Of a DNA stretch of 64,000 nt, positions 27,655 to 38,393 are shown in pieces. Every line of letters begins with the position of its first letter. The first letter of the stretch is position 1. This DNA is from Anaerolineales bacterium (lineage in GTDB: Bacteria > Chloroflexota > Anaerolineae > UBA1429): the NCBI GenBank assembly GCA_046538105.1, contig JBKHJO010000005.1, positions 916 through 64,915 of the forward strand, read 5' to 3'. A model generated the notes under the pieces. The model ran no database searches, was not told the origin of the DNA, and saw nothing but the letters and a program-made list of their open reading frames with translations. Made by a program: the position numbers and the translations under genes.

Positions 27655-28794
27655 TTATTCGCCACTATCGGAGGTCGATTTTCCCAGGAGGCGCTCGTAC
27701 AGACCTTCGTACTGAGGAATGATGTCATGGTAATCGAACAAGGCCGATGCCCGCTTGCGGGCTCCTTTACAAAGTCTCTCATATAGAGCGTGATCTGTGA
27801 GCAATGTGATGGCATCCTCGGCCATGGCCTTTGTATCTCCTACGCTTTCCAGGAATCCTGTCTCGCCATGCTGCACCACCTCGCGTAATCCCCCAACATC
27901 GCTGGCGATGACGGGTACGCCGCTGGCCATGGCTTCCAGGGCTGCCAGACCAAATCCTTCCAGTTGGCTTGGCAGCAGGAATAGGTCGGCCGTCTTTAAC
28001 AGGGATGCGACTTCCTCAGTCACGCCTGTAAAACGCACACGATCGGAAATGCCCAGTTCCAGGGCCTTTTGCAGCGCATGGCAGGTGTCGGGACCATCGC
28101 CGACCATAATCAACCGGGCATCCACCTTCTCCGCTACGTACGAAAAGATCTCGATCACGTCCACCACCCGCTTGACTGCGCGAAAGTTAGAGATGTGCAT
28201 GAGGGTTCGCTGTCCGGGTGAGTCCGCGGGTGGAACGCATGAGGGAATATGGGCCTCATGCCTATCCAGATCCACGAAATTGTAGATGACCTCTATCTCC
28301 TTTTCGACCTGAAATTGGCGGTATGCCTCTTCTTTGAGAAAATGGGAAACCGTGGTGACGGCATCCGACTGTTCTAGGGCAAGTTTTGTGACGGGGAGAA
28401 AGGCGGGATGGCTACCCACTTCTGTCACGTCGGTGCCATGGAGGGTAGTCACTACCTTGAGGTCAAGTTCCGAGGCGATCTGCTTCACCAACAAGGCAGC
28501 CGGCGCAAAGGGGATGGCATAATGGACATGCAAAAGTTGCAAGTTTTTCATGCGGGCCACGGTGACTATCTTGGACGCCAGTGCCAGAGTGTGGGGAAAG
28601 TTTTGAAGAAGAGGATATTCTACAACTTCTACCTCGTGAAAACTAACCCCAGCGGGCGGACGGGAAAGACGCAAGGGAGCCGCGTAGCTTATAAAGGCTA
28701 CCTGATGTCCCCTTTCGGCTAGGTGCTTACCCAACTCTGTAGCCACGATGCCGCTGCCACCATGTGTCGGATAACAGATAATTCCTATACGCAT
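27655..28794 (-). CDS. bshA: N-acetyl-alpha-D-glucosaminyl L-malate synthase BshA (GT4)
   Basis: MRIGIICYPTHGGSGIVATELGKHLAERGHQVAFIS parallels the Bacillus BshA N-terminus. GT4 E-x7-E region PSQLEGFGLAALEAMASGVPVIAS. It sits in an operon with bshB and bshC. Confidence 0.8.
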   Translation of the reverse strand: MRIGIICYPTHGGSGIVATELGKHLAERGHQVAFISYAAPLRLSRPPAGVSFHEVEVVEYPLLQNFPHTLALASKIVTVARMKNLQLLHVHYAIPFAPAALLVKQIASELDLKVVTTLHGTDVTEVGSHPAFLPVTKLALEQSDAVTTVSHFLKEEAYRQFQVEKEIEVIYNFVDLDRHEAHIPSCVPPADSPGQRTLMHISNFRAVKRVVDVIEIFSYVAEKVDARLIMVGDGPDTCHALQKALELGISDRVRFTGVTEEVASLLKTADLFLLPSQLEGFGLAALEAMASGVPVIASDVGGLREVVQHGETGFLESVGDTKAMAEDAITLLTDHALYERLCKGARKRASALFDYHDIIPQYEGLYERLLGKSTSDSGE

Positions 28795-28826
28795 CTTTTC
28801 TCCCTTGTAACTGGTAAAATTCGCGG

Positions 28827-29543
28827 TTAAAACGAAGAAAACGTCATTCCCAGAGGGTCAGGGGCTTCCAGTACCCCACGAATCAAGAACCCTTCACCGT
28901 ACTTTTTGCCGACGAGCGAGCCGTAATACGCCATACGGTGTCTGAGAGACCAATTGTACCCACGGGACGTCAGACGGGTCTGTTTATAGAAATCATCGTC
29001 GGGCCTGAATTGTGAGGAATAGGCATATATGGCCTCCATCTTTTGTTCGTACTGTTCGCTGATGTCCACAATGAAGGTGGGCTCGAATTCATCCCAGGCC
29101 ATATAATAGGCGAGGCGTTTGGGGCGAAAACTCTCCCGTCCTGTTCTGTACCGCGTGAGTCCGGCAAGAAAAATCCCTTCATAGACCAATGTGCTCGTAT
29201 GGTAGTGGTCGGGATGTCTGTCCTCATAGTAGGGCAGAAAGACGAATTCTGGTCGATATTTGCGCACCATGCGGGCTACCTTGTCCTTTGCCTCTTTGGT
29301 GGTGTGTATATGCCCATCTTCCAAACGTAAATTCTCGCGTGTCTCGCCGCCTATGATTTGCAGGGCCTTTGCTGCTTCCTGCCGGCGCGTTTCCACTGTG
29401 CCCCGCGTAGCCAACTCTCCCCGTGTCATATCTACCAGCACGACAGAGTACCCCATGGAGACCAGTTTTATCAGGGTACCGCCGCATCCCAACTCGATGT
29501 CGTCAGGATGTGCGCCAAAGGCCATGACATCAATCTCTGGCAT
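28827..29543 (-). CDS. bshB: N-acetyl-alpha-D-glucosaminyl L-malate deacetylase BshB (LmbE family)
   Basis: Start MPEIDVMAFGAHPDDIELGCGG at codon 51 of the listed ORF, after GGAGGAAAAGG. ...PYYEDRHPDHYH. Overlaps the bshC stop by 14 nt. Confidence 0.85.
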   Translation of the reverse strand: MPEIDVMAFGAHPDDIELGCGGTLIKLVSMGYSVVLVDMTRGELATRGTVETRRQEAAKALQIIGGETRENLRLEDGHIHTTKEAKDKVARMVRKYRPEFVFLPYYEDRHPDHYHTSTLVYEGIFLAGLTRYRTGRESFRPKRLAYYMAWDEFEPTFIVDISEQYEQKMEAIYAYSSQFRPDDDFYKQTRLTSRGYNWSLRHRMAYYGSLVGKKYGEGFLIRGVLEAPDPLGMTFSSF

Positions 29544-31110
29544 CCTTTTCCTCCACAACAAGGATATGATGACGAAAGTCATCGAGAGCGCCAGCCGTCG
29601 CGAGTTCATCGACCAAGCCGAGTCCGTGAATGTTCGTGAAATGGGGCAGGGGCAGCACGCGCTCCTGCAGGCGATCGCGGGGAAGGACGACATTTTGTAG
29701 GACGTGTATCTCTCCCTTGGACAGCCCCTTCTGGCTCATGAGAGCGCGTGTGCTGCTCTCCTCCAGTTTGTTGATGCCGCGCAGTGCGTTGTTCACCGCC
29801 CATTCCCAACTCCTGGTCATGCTGGGATCGATGTCTTTGACGTATGGTCTCAGCGGCGCGAACGCCTTCTCTACCTGCTCTCGGGCCACGCCAAAGAGAT
29901 CAGTTCCGGACTCAAAAGTGAACTCATTCAGTACGTCGCTGGGGTCGGGTTCCCGCGTCAGGAGCTGCTTTGGTGTGATGCCATAGCGTTCCATGTTATC
30001 CCGCTCGCTTCCGCGAACGAGGGTGTAGCTCTTGCGGGGGAAGAAAAGCGGCTGAGGAATATCGAACAGGTCGTAAAGGGGTTTGAGCATGGCGTGATAC
30101 GTTATCTCGCCGGGGCCCAATACGCTAACCACGATAGGCAGGATGGCATCGGCAAAAAGGGGACGCAGGGCCGCATCGGTTGAATAACGTTCGGGATGGG
30201 AACTGGCCTTGTCCACGTGCACCGCGGGCTCCTGTACCCGCACGCGATTGCCCTGAGCGTCAAAAGTGAAGGGACGACCGGCATCTTCTACAGGAAGTAG
30301 AACCTCATAGTCGGCAGCGGCCAAGTCCTTGGCGACTCCTTGCAGACGATACGTCATTTCCTTCGTCCTTTTTAGAGCGGCCTGAAAGATATGGGCTCCG
30401 AGGGGTCGCAGGATGCGCGGTTCGACGATGACGAGTCCATAGTCAGCAAAGAGTGATGACCATAGCCTGCCGTGCCAGGTACAGTAATCCTCTCCCTCTT
30501 GGGGTGCAAAACGGTCCCTTGTGGCCGCATGGTGTGTGCCGGGAGTTAATCTGTCAAAGTACGTTTGGAAGGCGTCTTCTATTTCCTCTGTAATTCCCAG
30601 ATCGGCGATGGGGCTCCCTTGCTTATCCCAGGAAAAGTCTAACTGTCCCATCTCCCCATCAGGCTGAAAATAGTAGACGTGATTGATCTCGTCAAAATCA
30701 TGGTCCTCGGTGGCCATCCAGAACATGGGCACTGTATGGACAGGAAGGGTCTGGTTGAGATGAGCGGCCAGGCGGATCGTGCTGATGATCTTGTAGGTAG
30801 TGTACATGGGTCCGCCCAAGAAGCCCACCTGTTGACCCGCTATTACACAAAATGTGGAAGGTTGCTGCAGTGAACGGATATTGGTAAGGGCTTGCTCACC
30901 AGCTCCCAGTTGCCGATTGTAGCGCAACAACTGTTCCACGAGTTCCCTGCGAGGATAGTCGTAAGCCTCTCGATGCGTCAATGCGGCCTCGTAATCCGTC
31001 GGCTCATGTGTAAAAAAACTGCTGGCCTTCCCTTTTCCCTCAACATAGTCGAGATAGAATTTACGTCTGAGCCGTTGAGGGATCTCTTCCCAATCGACAT
31101 CGACAATCAT
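29530..31110 (-). CDS. bshC: Bacillithiol biosynthesis cysteine-adding enzyme BshC
   Basis: CVIAGQQVGFLGGPMYTTYKIISTIRLA, PMFWMATEDHDFDEINHV and RPLFADAILPIVVSVLGPGEITYHAMLKPLY parallel B. subtilis YllA/BshC motifs. Confidence 0.85.
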   Translation of the reverse strand: MIVDVDWEEIPQRLRRKFYLDYVEGKGKASSFFTHEPTDYEAALTHREAYDYPRRELVEQLLRYNRQLGAGEQALTNIRSLQQPSTFCVIAGQQVGFLGGPMYTTYKIISTIRLAAHLNQTLPVHTVPMFWMATEDHDFDEINHVYYFQPDGEMGQLDFSWDKQGSPIADLGITEEIEDAFQTYFDRLTPGTHHAATRDRFAPQEGEDYCTWHGRLWSSLFADYGLVIVEPRILRPLGAHIFQAALKRTKEMTYRLQGVAKDLAAADYEVLLPVEDAGRPFTFDAQGNRVRVQEPAVHVDKASSHPERYSTDAALRPLFADAILPIVVSVLGPGEITYHAMLKPLYDLFDIPQPLFFPRKSYTLVRGSERDNMERYGITPKQLLTREPDPSDVLNEFTFESGTDLFGVAREQVEKAFAPLRPYVKDIDPSMTRSWEWAVNNALRGINKLEESSTRALMSQKGLSKGEIHVLQNVVLPRDRLQERVLPLPHFTNIHGLGLVDELATAGALDDFRHHILVVEEKDARD

Positions 31111-31874
31111 GCCCCTCCTTCTTTCTTTGTTATGATAACAAGTCGCGGACTGTCCGGAGAAAAATCCTCTCCATCAAGGGATCCATACGGATGAATCTCT
31201 GCGAATCCAGCATTTCGCAGCATAATCAACATCTCGGATGGAGAATATAGGCGGACGGATTCGTGAAAGACACTCTGTTCGCCGCTGCGGCTCACAAAGA
31301 GCGTGTCCTTTTCCACACGGCGCCCGCGTTGGGTCAGGCAACGCACATTTCGGACATAGCCAACGCGACGCTGACCTTCATCGCAGGCAACAAGATCTTG
31401 GATAACCCGATCACGGTTCAGATAATCGATAAGAAACTTGCCACCTGGTTTGAGAGCGCAGTACACTTCGCAAAGCGCGGCTGCATTCTCCTCGTCTTCT
31501 GCAAAATAGCCAAAGGAGGTGAAAAGCGATAGCACGGTGGAAAAGTGCTCCCTGTACGGTATGGAACGCATATCCCCTTGCACCAGTTCTACGTCGCTTT
31601 GGCAACCTTCCTCTCTTTCGGACACGAGGTCCCTTGCTGCCACTCTTAACAGTGCTTCTGATAGATCCAAGCCGACAAGATCTGTGAACTGCAGATCGCG
31701 AAAGACACCTAGGTAGCGACCGGCGCCACAGCCCAAATCGAGAAGGGGTTCATCCCTGGGGGGACTGAGAAGTCTCACAATCTTCTGAGCATTCTCCTTG
31801 GCCTCTTCTGCGTCCCTATGAGCGTAAAGCTGCAAATATGGCAATCCAAAACTCTCCTCGTACCATGGGTTCAT
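31107..31874 (-). CDS. Class I SAM-dependent methyltransferase
   Basis: Start [10 protein letters not shown] at codon 12 of the listed ORF. ATGA overlaps at both ends. Motif [12 protein letters not shown]. Confidence 0.75.
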   Translation of the reverse strand: MNPWYEESFGLPYLQLYAHRDAEEAKENAQKIVRLLSPPRDEPLLDLGCGAGRYLGVFRDLQFTDLVGLDLSEALLRVAARDLVSEREEGCQSDVELVQGDMRSIPYREHFSTVLSLFTSFGYFAEDEENAAALCEVYCALKPGGKFLIDYLNRDRVIQDLVACDEGQRRVGYVRNVRCLTQRGRRVEKDTLFVSRSGEQSVFHESVRLYSPSEMLIMLRNAGFAEIHPYGSLDGEDFSPDSPRLVIITKKEGGA

Positions 31875-32512
31875 GCTATACCATGCTGCCGTTTGTAATC
31901 GTCCCAATTTTCTTTCAGGTCAACGAACGATGAAAAGTCGGATCGAAGGATAAAGGGATTGTTCTCCTTTTCCTCTCCGATGGTGGACTGAGGAGAGGTG
32001 CCATAGTCGTGTCCCGGAAACACCCTCGTGTCCTCTGGAAGGGTCATGAGTTTCTGATGCAAGGAGACATATTCGGCCTTTGCTCCTTGGCCCAAGTCTG
32101 TGCCTCCTACCTTTCCCACAAACAGGGTATCCCCCGTAAAGACCGCATCGCCGACGTACAGACATATAGAATCGGGAGTGTGTCCCGGCGTGTGAAGAAT
32201 CTCTATCTCCAGGTCTCCCAGAGGAAAGGTGGCGCCATCCACCACCTTTTTCCCCGTACGAGGATCCTTATCCTGCCACTGCAGGGCGTCCACACCTGTT
32301 AACACTGCCATCGTCTCGTTACCGTTTGCGTGATCGGCATGTCCATGCGTGTTAAAAACATAGACGATGTCATGATCATGCTCACGGGCATAATCGGCGA
32401 TCTTTTCCGCAGAATAGGAGGGATCGATCACCGCTGCCTTTTTTGTGTTCGGATCGGCGACGAGATAGCCAAAGTTTCGATCTCCACCCACACGAAATTG
32501 CTTGATAAACAT
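31871..32512 (-). CDS. MBL-fold metallo-hydrolase (glyoxalase II / hydroxyacylglutathione hydrolase-like)
   Basis: Start [10 protein letters not shown] after [23 protein letters not shown] (H-x-H-x-D-H), HTPGHTPDS and FPGHDYG. Confidence 0.8.
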   Translation of the reverse strand: MFIKQFRVGGDRNFGYLVADPNTKKAAVIDPSYSAEKIADYAREHDHDIVYVFNTHGHADHANGNETMAVLTGVDALQWQDKDPRTGKKVVDGATFPLGDLEIEILHTPGHTPDSICLYVGDAVFTGDTLFVGKVGGTDLGQGAKAEYVSLHQKLMTLPEDTRVFPGHDYGTSPQSTIGEEKENNPFILRSDFSSFVDLKENWDDYKRQHGIA

Positions 32513-32773
32513 CTCTTCTCCCCTGTTCAGGTGTGATGAAATATCGTACTTTCGATACACGCCTAATTATTGTACTTCTTTGTTAAGTAACTCGCAATTC
32601 TCGGTTTATAATCTGCGATGTCATATTTTGCGAGAGATCATGATATGGAAGGTGGACACAGGACAAGATGCCCGGTATCCCATGTGACAAGCCTGTAACG
32701 TCGCGCGTCGCCTATTACGGGAATGCCGGACACCCAAAGTCTTGGTCCGAACGGTATGTTATTTATTCCTATC

Positions 32774-34123
32774 CTATTCCTGGAATTGGGGCATCCAGGG
32801 CAGAAGTGCCTCGAACATCTCTTCCACCATCACTTCTATCTTATCCAGGGATAGTGTGGAGGCCGTCAGTGGATCCAGGGCCACGGCCTGGAAAAGGGCC
32901 TCTCGATCTCCCTCCAGTGCCGCCTTGACGGCCAGTTCCTGTACGCTGATGTTGGAGCGGTTCAGGCCAGCGAGTTGGGGAGGTAGATCCCCCACGTGAC
33001 AGGGATGGATACCCAGAGCGTCGACCAAGCAGGGCACTTCCACGACACAGTCCGGTGGGAGATTGGTAATCAGATCTGTATTGGGCACGTTGCCGTTGAT
33101 GCGTATCATACGGTCCGTCTCACAGGCTTCAATGATACGCGAACTATACTCGGTGCTACGTTTCATGGGGATCGGTTCCTTGCCCTGGGCCTTGCGGGCG
33201 ATCTCTTCCACCCGTTGCTCCCTGCGGCTGGCGCTCGATTGTTCCTTCATCCGCTCCTCACGGCGTATCAGAGCGTATGCTTCCATCAACTCGGGCGTGC
33301 GCCGGAAATAAGGCACATACTCGGACATATGATGGGTGGATTCGGTAACATAGTAACTAAAGCGTCGAAAGATCTCGCGGCGCACCGTGTCCCGCGCCCA
33401 GGAGCGTCGATCCTGGCTGGCGATCTCCTCGCCCTTGTCACCACCGGCTGCGTCCCATGCATCTAGACGTTCGCGCAGTAGGGGATAGACATCCTCGTGA
33501 TTTCGCTCCAGCCGCAAGAACCAGGCCATATGGTTGATCCCTGCCACCCAGTAGGAGAGTTCTTCGTAAGGAATATCCATATACTGGGCCAGCCGCTCCG
33601 AAGTGCCCTGCACACTGTGACAGAGTCCCACGTTGCGAATGCTCGTTGCCTCGTTCAGCGCCCAACATAACATAGCCATGGGATTGCTATGGTTGAGCAG
33701 CAGGGCGTCAGGACAAAGTTCCTCCATATCGCGGCAGATAGCGACGATGAGGGGGATGTGGCATTGCCCGTAAAATATGCCACCCGGACCCACCGTATCG
33801 CCTACGGCCTGATCGATGCCATATTTGAGAGGAATACTGATGTCCAGGTTGGTTGCCTCCATACCGCCCACACGAAAGGTAGTTACCACATAGTCTGCTC
33901 CCTCCAATGCTCGACGCCGCTCTGTGGTGGCCTCGATCGTGGTGGGGAGCCCTTCCTGTTCCACCAGTTGTTGAGCAAAAGCCTCTATTCGATCCAGGGC
34001 CTCGCGATCGATATCCACATAGACGATGGTGCCCTCCCTCAGTTCGGGCACACAGAGGATGTCGGTAGTCAGCCGGCTGGAAAAGACCATGCTTCCTGCA
34101 CCGATGATGACGATTTTTGCCAT
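32774..34123 (-). CDS. Glycoside hydrolase family 4 (NAD/Mn-dependent alpha-glucosidase/alpha-galactosidase type)
   Basis: MAKIVIIGAGSMVFS, NHSNPM, VGLCHSVQG and AGINHMAWFL. Confidence 0.85.
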   Translation of the reverse strand: MAKIVIIGAGSMVFSSRLTTDILCVPELREGTIVYVDIDREALDRIEAFAQQLVEQEGLPTTIEATTERRRALEGADYVVTTFRVGGMEATNLDISIPLKYGIDQAVGDTVGPGGIFYGQCHIPLIVAICRDMEELCPDALLLNHSNPMAMLCWALNEATSIRNVGLCHSVQGTSERLAQYMDIPYEELSYWVAGINHMAWFLRLERNHEDVYPLLRERLDAWDAAGGDKGEEIASQDRRSWARDTVRREIFRRFSYYVTESTHHMSEYVPYFRRTPELMEAYALIRREERMKEQSSASRREQRVEEIARKAQGKEPIPMKRSTEYSSRIIEACETDRMIRINGNVPNTDLITNLPPDCVVEVPCLVDALGIHPCHVGDLPPQLAGLNRSNISVQELAVKAALEGDREALFQAVALDPLTASTLSLDKIEVMVEEMFEALLPWMPQFQE

Positions 34124-34217
34124 GATTTCCTTCTCCTTTATATCGGGTTATGTTGTGAGAAACAAAAAGGGGTGTTGCTAAACCGCTATAAGCGACGCCC
34201 ATTGATGCTGCAATGCC

Positions 34218-37200
34218 CTATTCGCGCTGTACCCGCACCTGTCCCATGAGCCCCCAGGATTTGAGCACATAGTCGGGTGTATAGGTCTCATCGGTGCGCC
34301 GGAAGGAGCGCCAGTCCGTCCACGGCTCGCGTCCCGTAGCCAGGTGCAGGGGGCCCAACATATTCCGTGGACTGCTCACCACCTCTATGCCGAGCGCGTT
34401 TTCTCCGGGCAGCAGATGGTCGGTGATATCCAGGCCGTTCGCCGAGGCCCATGGGATATGGCCAGCCAGCCTCCCGTTGACATGTACGGCCACATCCACC
34501 GCCTCATAGTCGCCCAGGTAAACGCGCACACGTTCACCTTTTTTCGGTGTATAATCTATGATATCCCGATAGACCATACTGCCAGCATAATGAGGATAGC
34601 CCTGTGTGGTCCAATCGCCAAAATGGAGAGTATCAGGTTCGGCAACGATGGCGCGGTCGATGCTGACGCCAAAGTCTCCCAGTAGGTAACAGTCCTCCAG
34701 TTCCATATGGTTGGTATAGTCACAATGGAGGATCAGCACGTTTTCGCCTTTTTTCAGGGTGGGCAATCTCACCTGGTGGAAGCCACGATCCAGATACCAT
34801 CCTACAGATTCGTTGGATACGGACTCTCCGTTAAGCGATATATCGAACCACGAGGCACCTTCCACCAGGAGATAGACAGTCTCCTCAGGCACCTCCTCCA
34901 CTTCAAAGGAGAAGCGCAGAGCCACCGGCGTCCCATCATTCGGATGGGGTTCCAGGGCCCACTTGTAGCGCTGGGGTAGCCCGTTGTAGTAATTCTGCCG
35001 CATATCCAGGCGCTCACGGATCTGGCTCTGCGCTCGCCATACTTCTTGCGTCTTCGACCAGGCGCCGTCATTCTCCATGTGGGATGTGCTAGGCCCATTC
35101 CCTGGGAGAATCGCTTCGCGATTCTCCATGCGATACTGGCACATGTCCAGGATCAAGAGATTGGGATCGGTACGCGTAAAAGCACATTCGGGACCGATAA
35201 GATAAGCATCGGTCACTCGCCGCATCTGCCGGAAGGATTTCTTCACTTTTTTGGCAGTCGCTACGCCTTCAGCCGCAGGATCGACAACATACAGGTGCGA
35301 GCCTGCGGGGCCGAAATGGGCGTCAAAGGAAAGCATACCATCCGCTTTGTCGCCAGCAATGCCCATTATCTCTCCTGTCAGAGGATCCCACTCTTCTACG
35401 CGGCCCTTTCCCTGGAGAGAGACCTTTATATCGTATCCGTTGTTTCTATCCCCATTGAAGATAAAATAGATGAATTTATCCCCAAACCGTCGCTGCATAT
35501 AAAGTAGTGGGGTTGCTTCCTGTGCATGTATGTTTTGTAGACTCACGCGGCGGGGCAGGGTCGCCTCCAAGGCATTTTGCAGTTGCGACACCTCGGACAG
35601 GACCACCAGACTCGATGCCGCTTTTTCTTGCAGTGCCCCCCACTCGTTCGCCAGTCGCTTGCTGGGCTCGGCTTCCACCATGGTGGGCAGGGGGTCAAAA
35701 GCGATGACGCGGCCGCCTGCCTCCAAAAAGGCCTCCAGCATATCGAGAGTGGGTTGCAGGATGGTATCAGTCCCGGGCGGAATGACCACTACCTTGTACG
35801 ACGCCTGTCCTACTGTAAACATATCCTTGTCCACATGGGCCTCCGTGGACATAATCTGCTCGTCGCCGAAATCAAAATCATAGTGGGTAGCCAATAGGGC
35901 ACGGACGAAATCGCTCAGATCCTCACCATAGGCATCCACCGCCTGCACACTCTCTTCGCCCTCGCACAGCATGGACCAGGCTGTGGCGATGGGATGCAGC
36001 AGCAGCACGTCCCGGACGGCGTCCCCCTGGGTCAGCATATAGCCCACGCGGGCGAAATAATCCTCCACGACATCATTGTACTTCCACCAGGTAGTGTTAT
36101 AGTTGAAGGACGGCGGATAGTCTCGCTTGCGGCACCCCCGCAGCGTATAGAGTGCCAGATGCTGGCAACGCAGGTTTACGCCTAACACATATTGCCAGTC
36201 GCCTACCCATTTCTGCCCTTCGAAGGTGAACTCCCAACTTGAGCATCCGTATGTTTCCGAGAGCACCCGTTCGCGTCCCATCTGGCTAGCTACGCTGGAA
36301 CATTGTTTGATGGTCAGGAATTCGTGATTCTGTTCCGTAAGCATATCGATGCCGGGCACGTGCTGATATCGATAGTGGGGCATGATGGCGCCGCCACGCA
36401 GAATCCCCAAGCCTAACTCGTTCTCGCAGAGATAGTGTCCTGTAAAGGCCAGACCGTGCTCCTCACACCACTCGCCCAATTGTTTCGAGTAGGCTTCTGT
36501 AAAGCGCTCGCTGATGGTATACCAATAGTCGTGGCGCGCCCTGGCTGCTTCCTCTGTATGTGTGGCATTCTCTCTACAGTCGTCGTAAAATAGCCAGGGG
36601 ACTGTATTCAACAGGTCACAGCCACGCCTGCTTTCAAAATAGGCTGGTAATTCGTCAGTCCAGGGGAGGGCGCGTCGCCCCGAGCGTACCTCTACGGCAA
36701 AGACGTTGGGCTCGTCAGTAAAGATACCTGGAACCGCTTTGCCGAATTGGTCACCGACCTCTTTTCGATAGGCCTCATAGGTGATATCGAGGAAGGCGGC
36801 CACGGCGTCGGGATTCAGGTTATCAGCATAGGCGTCATCGTTGAACCATTCGCTGGGCCCCGAGACCTCGCGTCGGAAGATGAGGTACGTCTCGTCTGGG
36901 CCGAGATCGGTCGGCATGTCGGGGTCCAGGCGGTCCAGTGATATCAGCGCATCGCCTTCCACGACGGCCTTGAACACGGCCAGGATATCCTCATCTTCCT
37001 CTGGCTCCTCGCTGGATTCCTCCACTGTCAACACTTTGGCGCGATAGGCATCGCCGCCCCGCGCGGGAACCAGCCCGCCGGCCGCACCCGAGGGCCAGCG
37101 ATCCTCGTCGTAAAGCCAGGCCCCCATACCCTCTCGGTCTGCCACTTGTACCGTTTCCCTTATACATTCTGTCCAGTGAGGGCCCATGTACACCGTCTCC

Positions 37201-37367
37201 AGCCCATCGCGAGAGTGCATAAAAAAGCCACCCATGCCATGGGCTTTCATGTCTTGCACCTGGCGGACGAGTTCCTTCACTTCCAATTTATCGTTCCAGG
37301 ACCAGAAAGGAGCCCCCCTCATATCCAGTGGGGGGTCCAGGAACCCTTTTCGTAATTTATCTTTCAT
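34218..37367 (-). CDS. Large (1049 aa) glycoside-hydrolase-like protein, family uncertain (GH106-like or GH2 sugar-binding-like)
   Basis: Long uninterrupted ORF. N-terminus RGAPFWSWNDKLEVKELVRQVQDMKAHGMGGFFMHSR is typical of large glycosidases of this type. The family assignment is from memory only. Confidence 0.5.
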   Translation of the reverse strand: MKDKLRKGFLDPPLDMRGAPFWSWNDKLEVKELVRQVQDMKAHGMGGFFMHSRDGLETVYMGPHWTECIRETVQVADREGMGAWLYDEDRWPSGAAGGLVPARGGDAYRAKVLTVEESSEEPEEDEDILAVFKAVVEGDALISLDRLDPDMPTDLGPDETYLIFRREVSGPSEWFNDDAYADNLNPDAVAAFLDITYEAYRKEVGDQFGKAVPGIFTDEPNVFAVEVRSGRRALPWTDELPAYFESRRGCDLLNTVPWLFYDDCRENATHTEEAARARHDYWYTISERFTEAYSKQLGEWCEEHGLAFTGHYLCENELGLGILRGGAIMPHYRYQHVPGIDMLTEQNHEFLTIKQCSSVASQMGRERVLSETYGCSSWEFTFEGQKWVGDWQYVLGVNLRCQHLALYTLRGCRKRDYPPSFNYNTTWWKYNDVVEDYFARVGYMLTQGDAVRDVLLLHPIATAWSMLCEGEESVQAVDAYGEDLSDFVRALLATHYDFDFGDEQIMSTEAHVDKDMFTVGQASYKVVVIPPGTDTILQPTLDMLEAFLEAGGRVIAFDPLPTMVEAEPSKRLANEWGALQEKAASSLVVLSEVSQLQNALEATLPRRVSLQNIHAQEATPLLYMQRRFGDKFIYFIFNGDRNNGYDIKVSLQGKGRVEEWDPLTGEIMGIAGDKADGMLSFDAHFGPAGSHLYVVDPAAEGVATAKKVKKSFRQMRRVTDAYLIGPECAFTRTDPNLLILDMCQYRMENREAILPGNGPSTSHMENDGAWSKTQEVWRAQSQIRERLDMRQNYYNGLPQRYKWALEPHPNDGTPVALRFSFEVEEVPEETVYLLVEGASWFDISLNGESVSNESVGWYLDRGFHQVRLPTLKKGENVLILHCDYTNHMELEDCYLLGDFGVSIDRAIVAEPDTLHFGDWTTQGYPHYAGSMVYRDIIDYTPKKGERVRVYLGDYEAVDVAVHVNGRLAGHIPWASANGLDITDHLLPGENALGIEVVSSPRNMLGPLHLATGREPWTDWRSFRRTDETYTPDYVLKSWGLMGQVRVQRE

Positions 37368-37422
37368 CAGTTTGTTCTCCTTGTGATGCTAAATCTATTG
37401 CTCGCGAGGTCAAAGCCCTTTA

Positions 37423-38220
37423 TCATACTTTTTCCGCGACGACCTCGTTTTTCAGCACACCGATACCATCGATCTCTATCTCCACGATATCGCCGGCTTT
37501 GAGGAACACGGGAGGCGTGCGCGCAAATCCCACCCCCGAAGGTGTCCCCGTCATGATGACGGTACCGGGCAAGAGCGTCATGCAATCGGAGAGATAGGAG
37601 ACGAGTTCCCGGCAGGAAAAGATCAAATCATTGGTGTTCGATTCTTGCATCACCGTGCCGTTCAGGCGCGTGTGGATGTCAGCCTCGTCGGGATCTATTT
37701 CCGTCTCGATCCAGGGGCCGAGGGGAGCAAAGGTATCGAAGGACTTGCCCCGCGCCCATTGCACATCCAGACGAATCTGACAGTCGCGGGCGCTGACATC
37801 GTTGCCACACGTATATCCCAGGACATAATCCGGGGCCTCTTCCTCGCTTACGTGTTTGGCCTCTTTGCCTATGACGATGGTCAGTTCACACTCATAGTCC
37901 ACCTCGTTGGGCGCCATGCTGGGAAGGACGATAACATCCTCAGGACCGCAGACAGCGGTTGTGGCCTTGAAAAAGATAACTGGCCGCTCTGGCAGATTCA
38001 TGCCACTTTCCTCCGCATGGCCCACATAGTTCAAGCCGATAGCGATCACGTTGGGTGGATCGACCGGAGGGAGGAGAGTGACAGTCTCTTCATCCACCTT
38101 CTTGCCTGTCGGATGCCAATCTCCAAAGATGTCCCCCGCGACGAGATCGAATCTTCCTTCGCCATCGGGGACGCCGTATCGTACTGCTTCTTCTGTCGAG
38201 AAGCGGGCAATTTTGACCAT
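37423..38220 (-). CDS. Fumarylacetoacetate hydrolase (FAH) family protein
   Basis: IGLNYVGHAEESG...PVIFFKATTAVCGP...VDYECELTIVIGK...GTPSGVG. Confidence 0.85.
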   Translation of the reverse strand: MVKIARFSTEEAVRYGVPDGEGRFDLVAGDIFGDWHPTGKKVDEETVTLLPPVDPPNVIAIGLNYVGHAEESGMNLPERPVIFFKATTAVCGPEDVIVLPSMAPNEVDYECELTIVIGKEAKHVSEEEAPDYVLGYTCGNDVSARDCQIRLDVQWARGKSFDTFAPLGPWIETEIDPDEADIHTRLNGTVMQESNTNDLIFSCRELVSYLSDCMTLLPGTVIMTGTPSGVGFARTPPVFLKAGDIVEIEIDGIGVLKNEVVAEKV

Positions 38221-38393
38221 TGGTAGTTACTCCTGTATATGTTATAATTGGATATTCGAAAGGATTGTAGACGTCTTGGGAAAAAAGATCAAGAGGTGGT
38301 CATCTCATCCAGTAATCTTAATCTTTCCATCCCCTTCCGTATCCGGCAAGCGCTGAGGCTTGGGGGCTGGTTCATAAAGGAGGCTTGAGCGAT

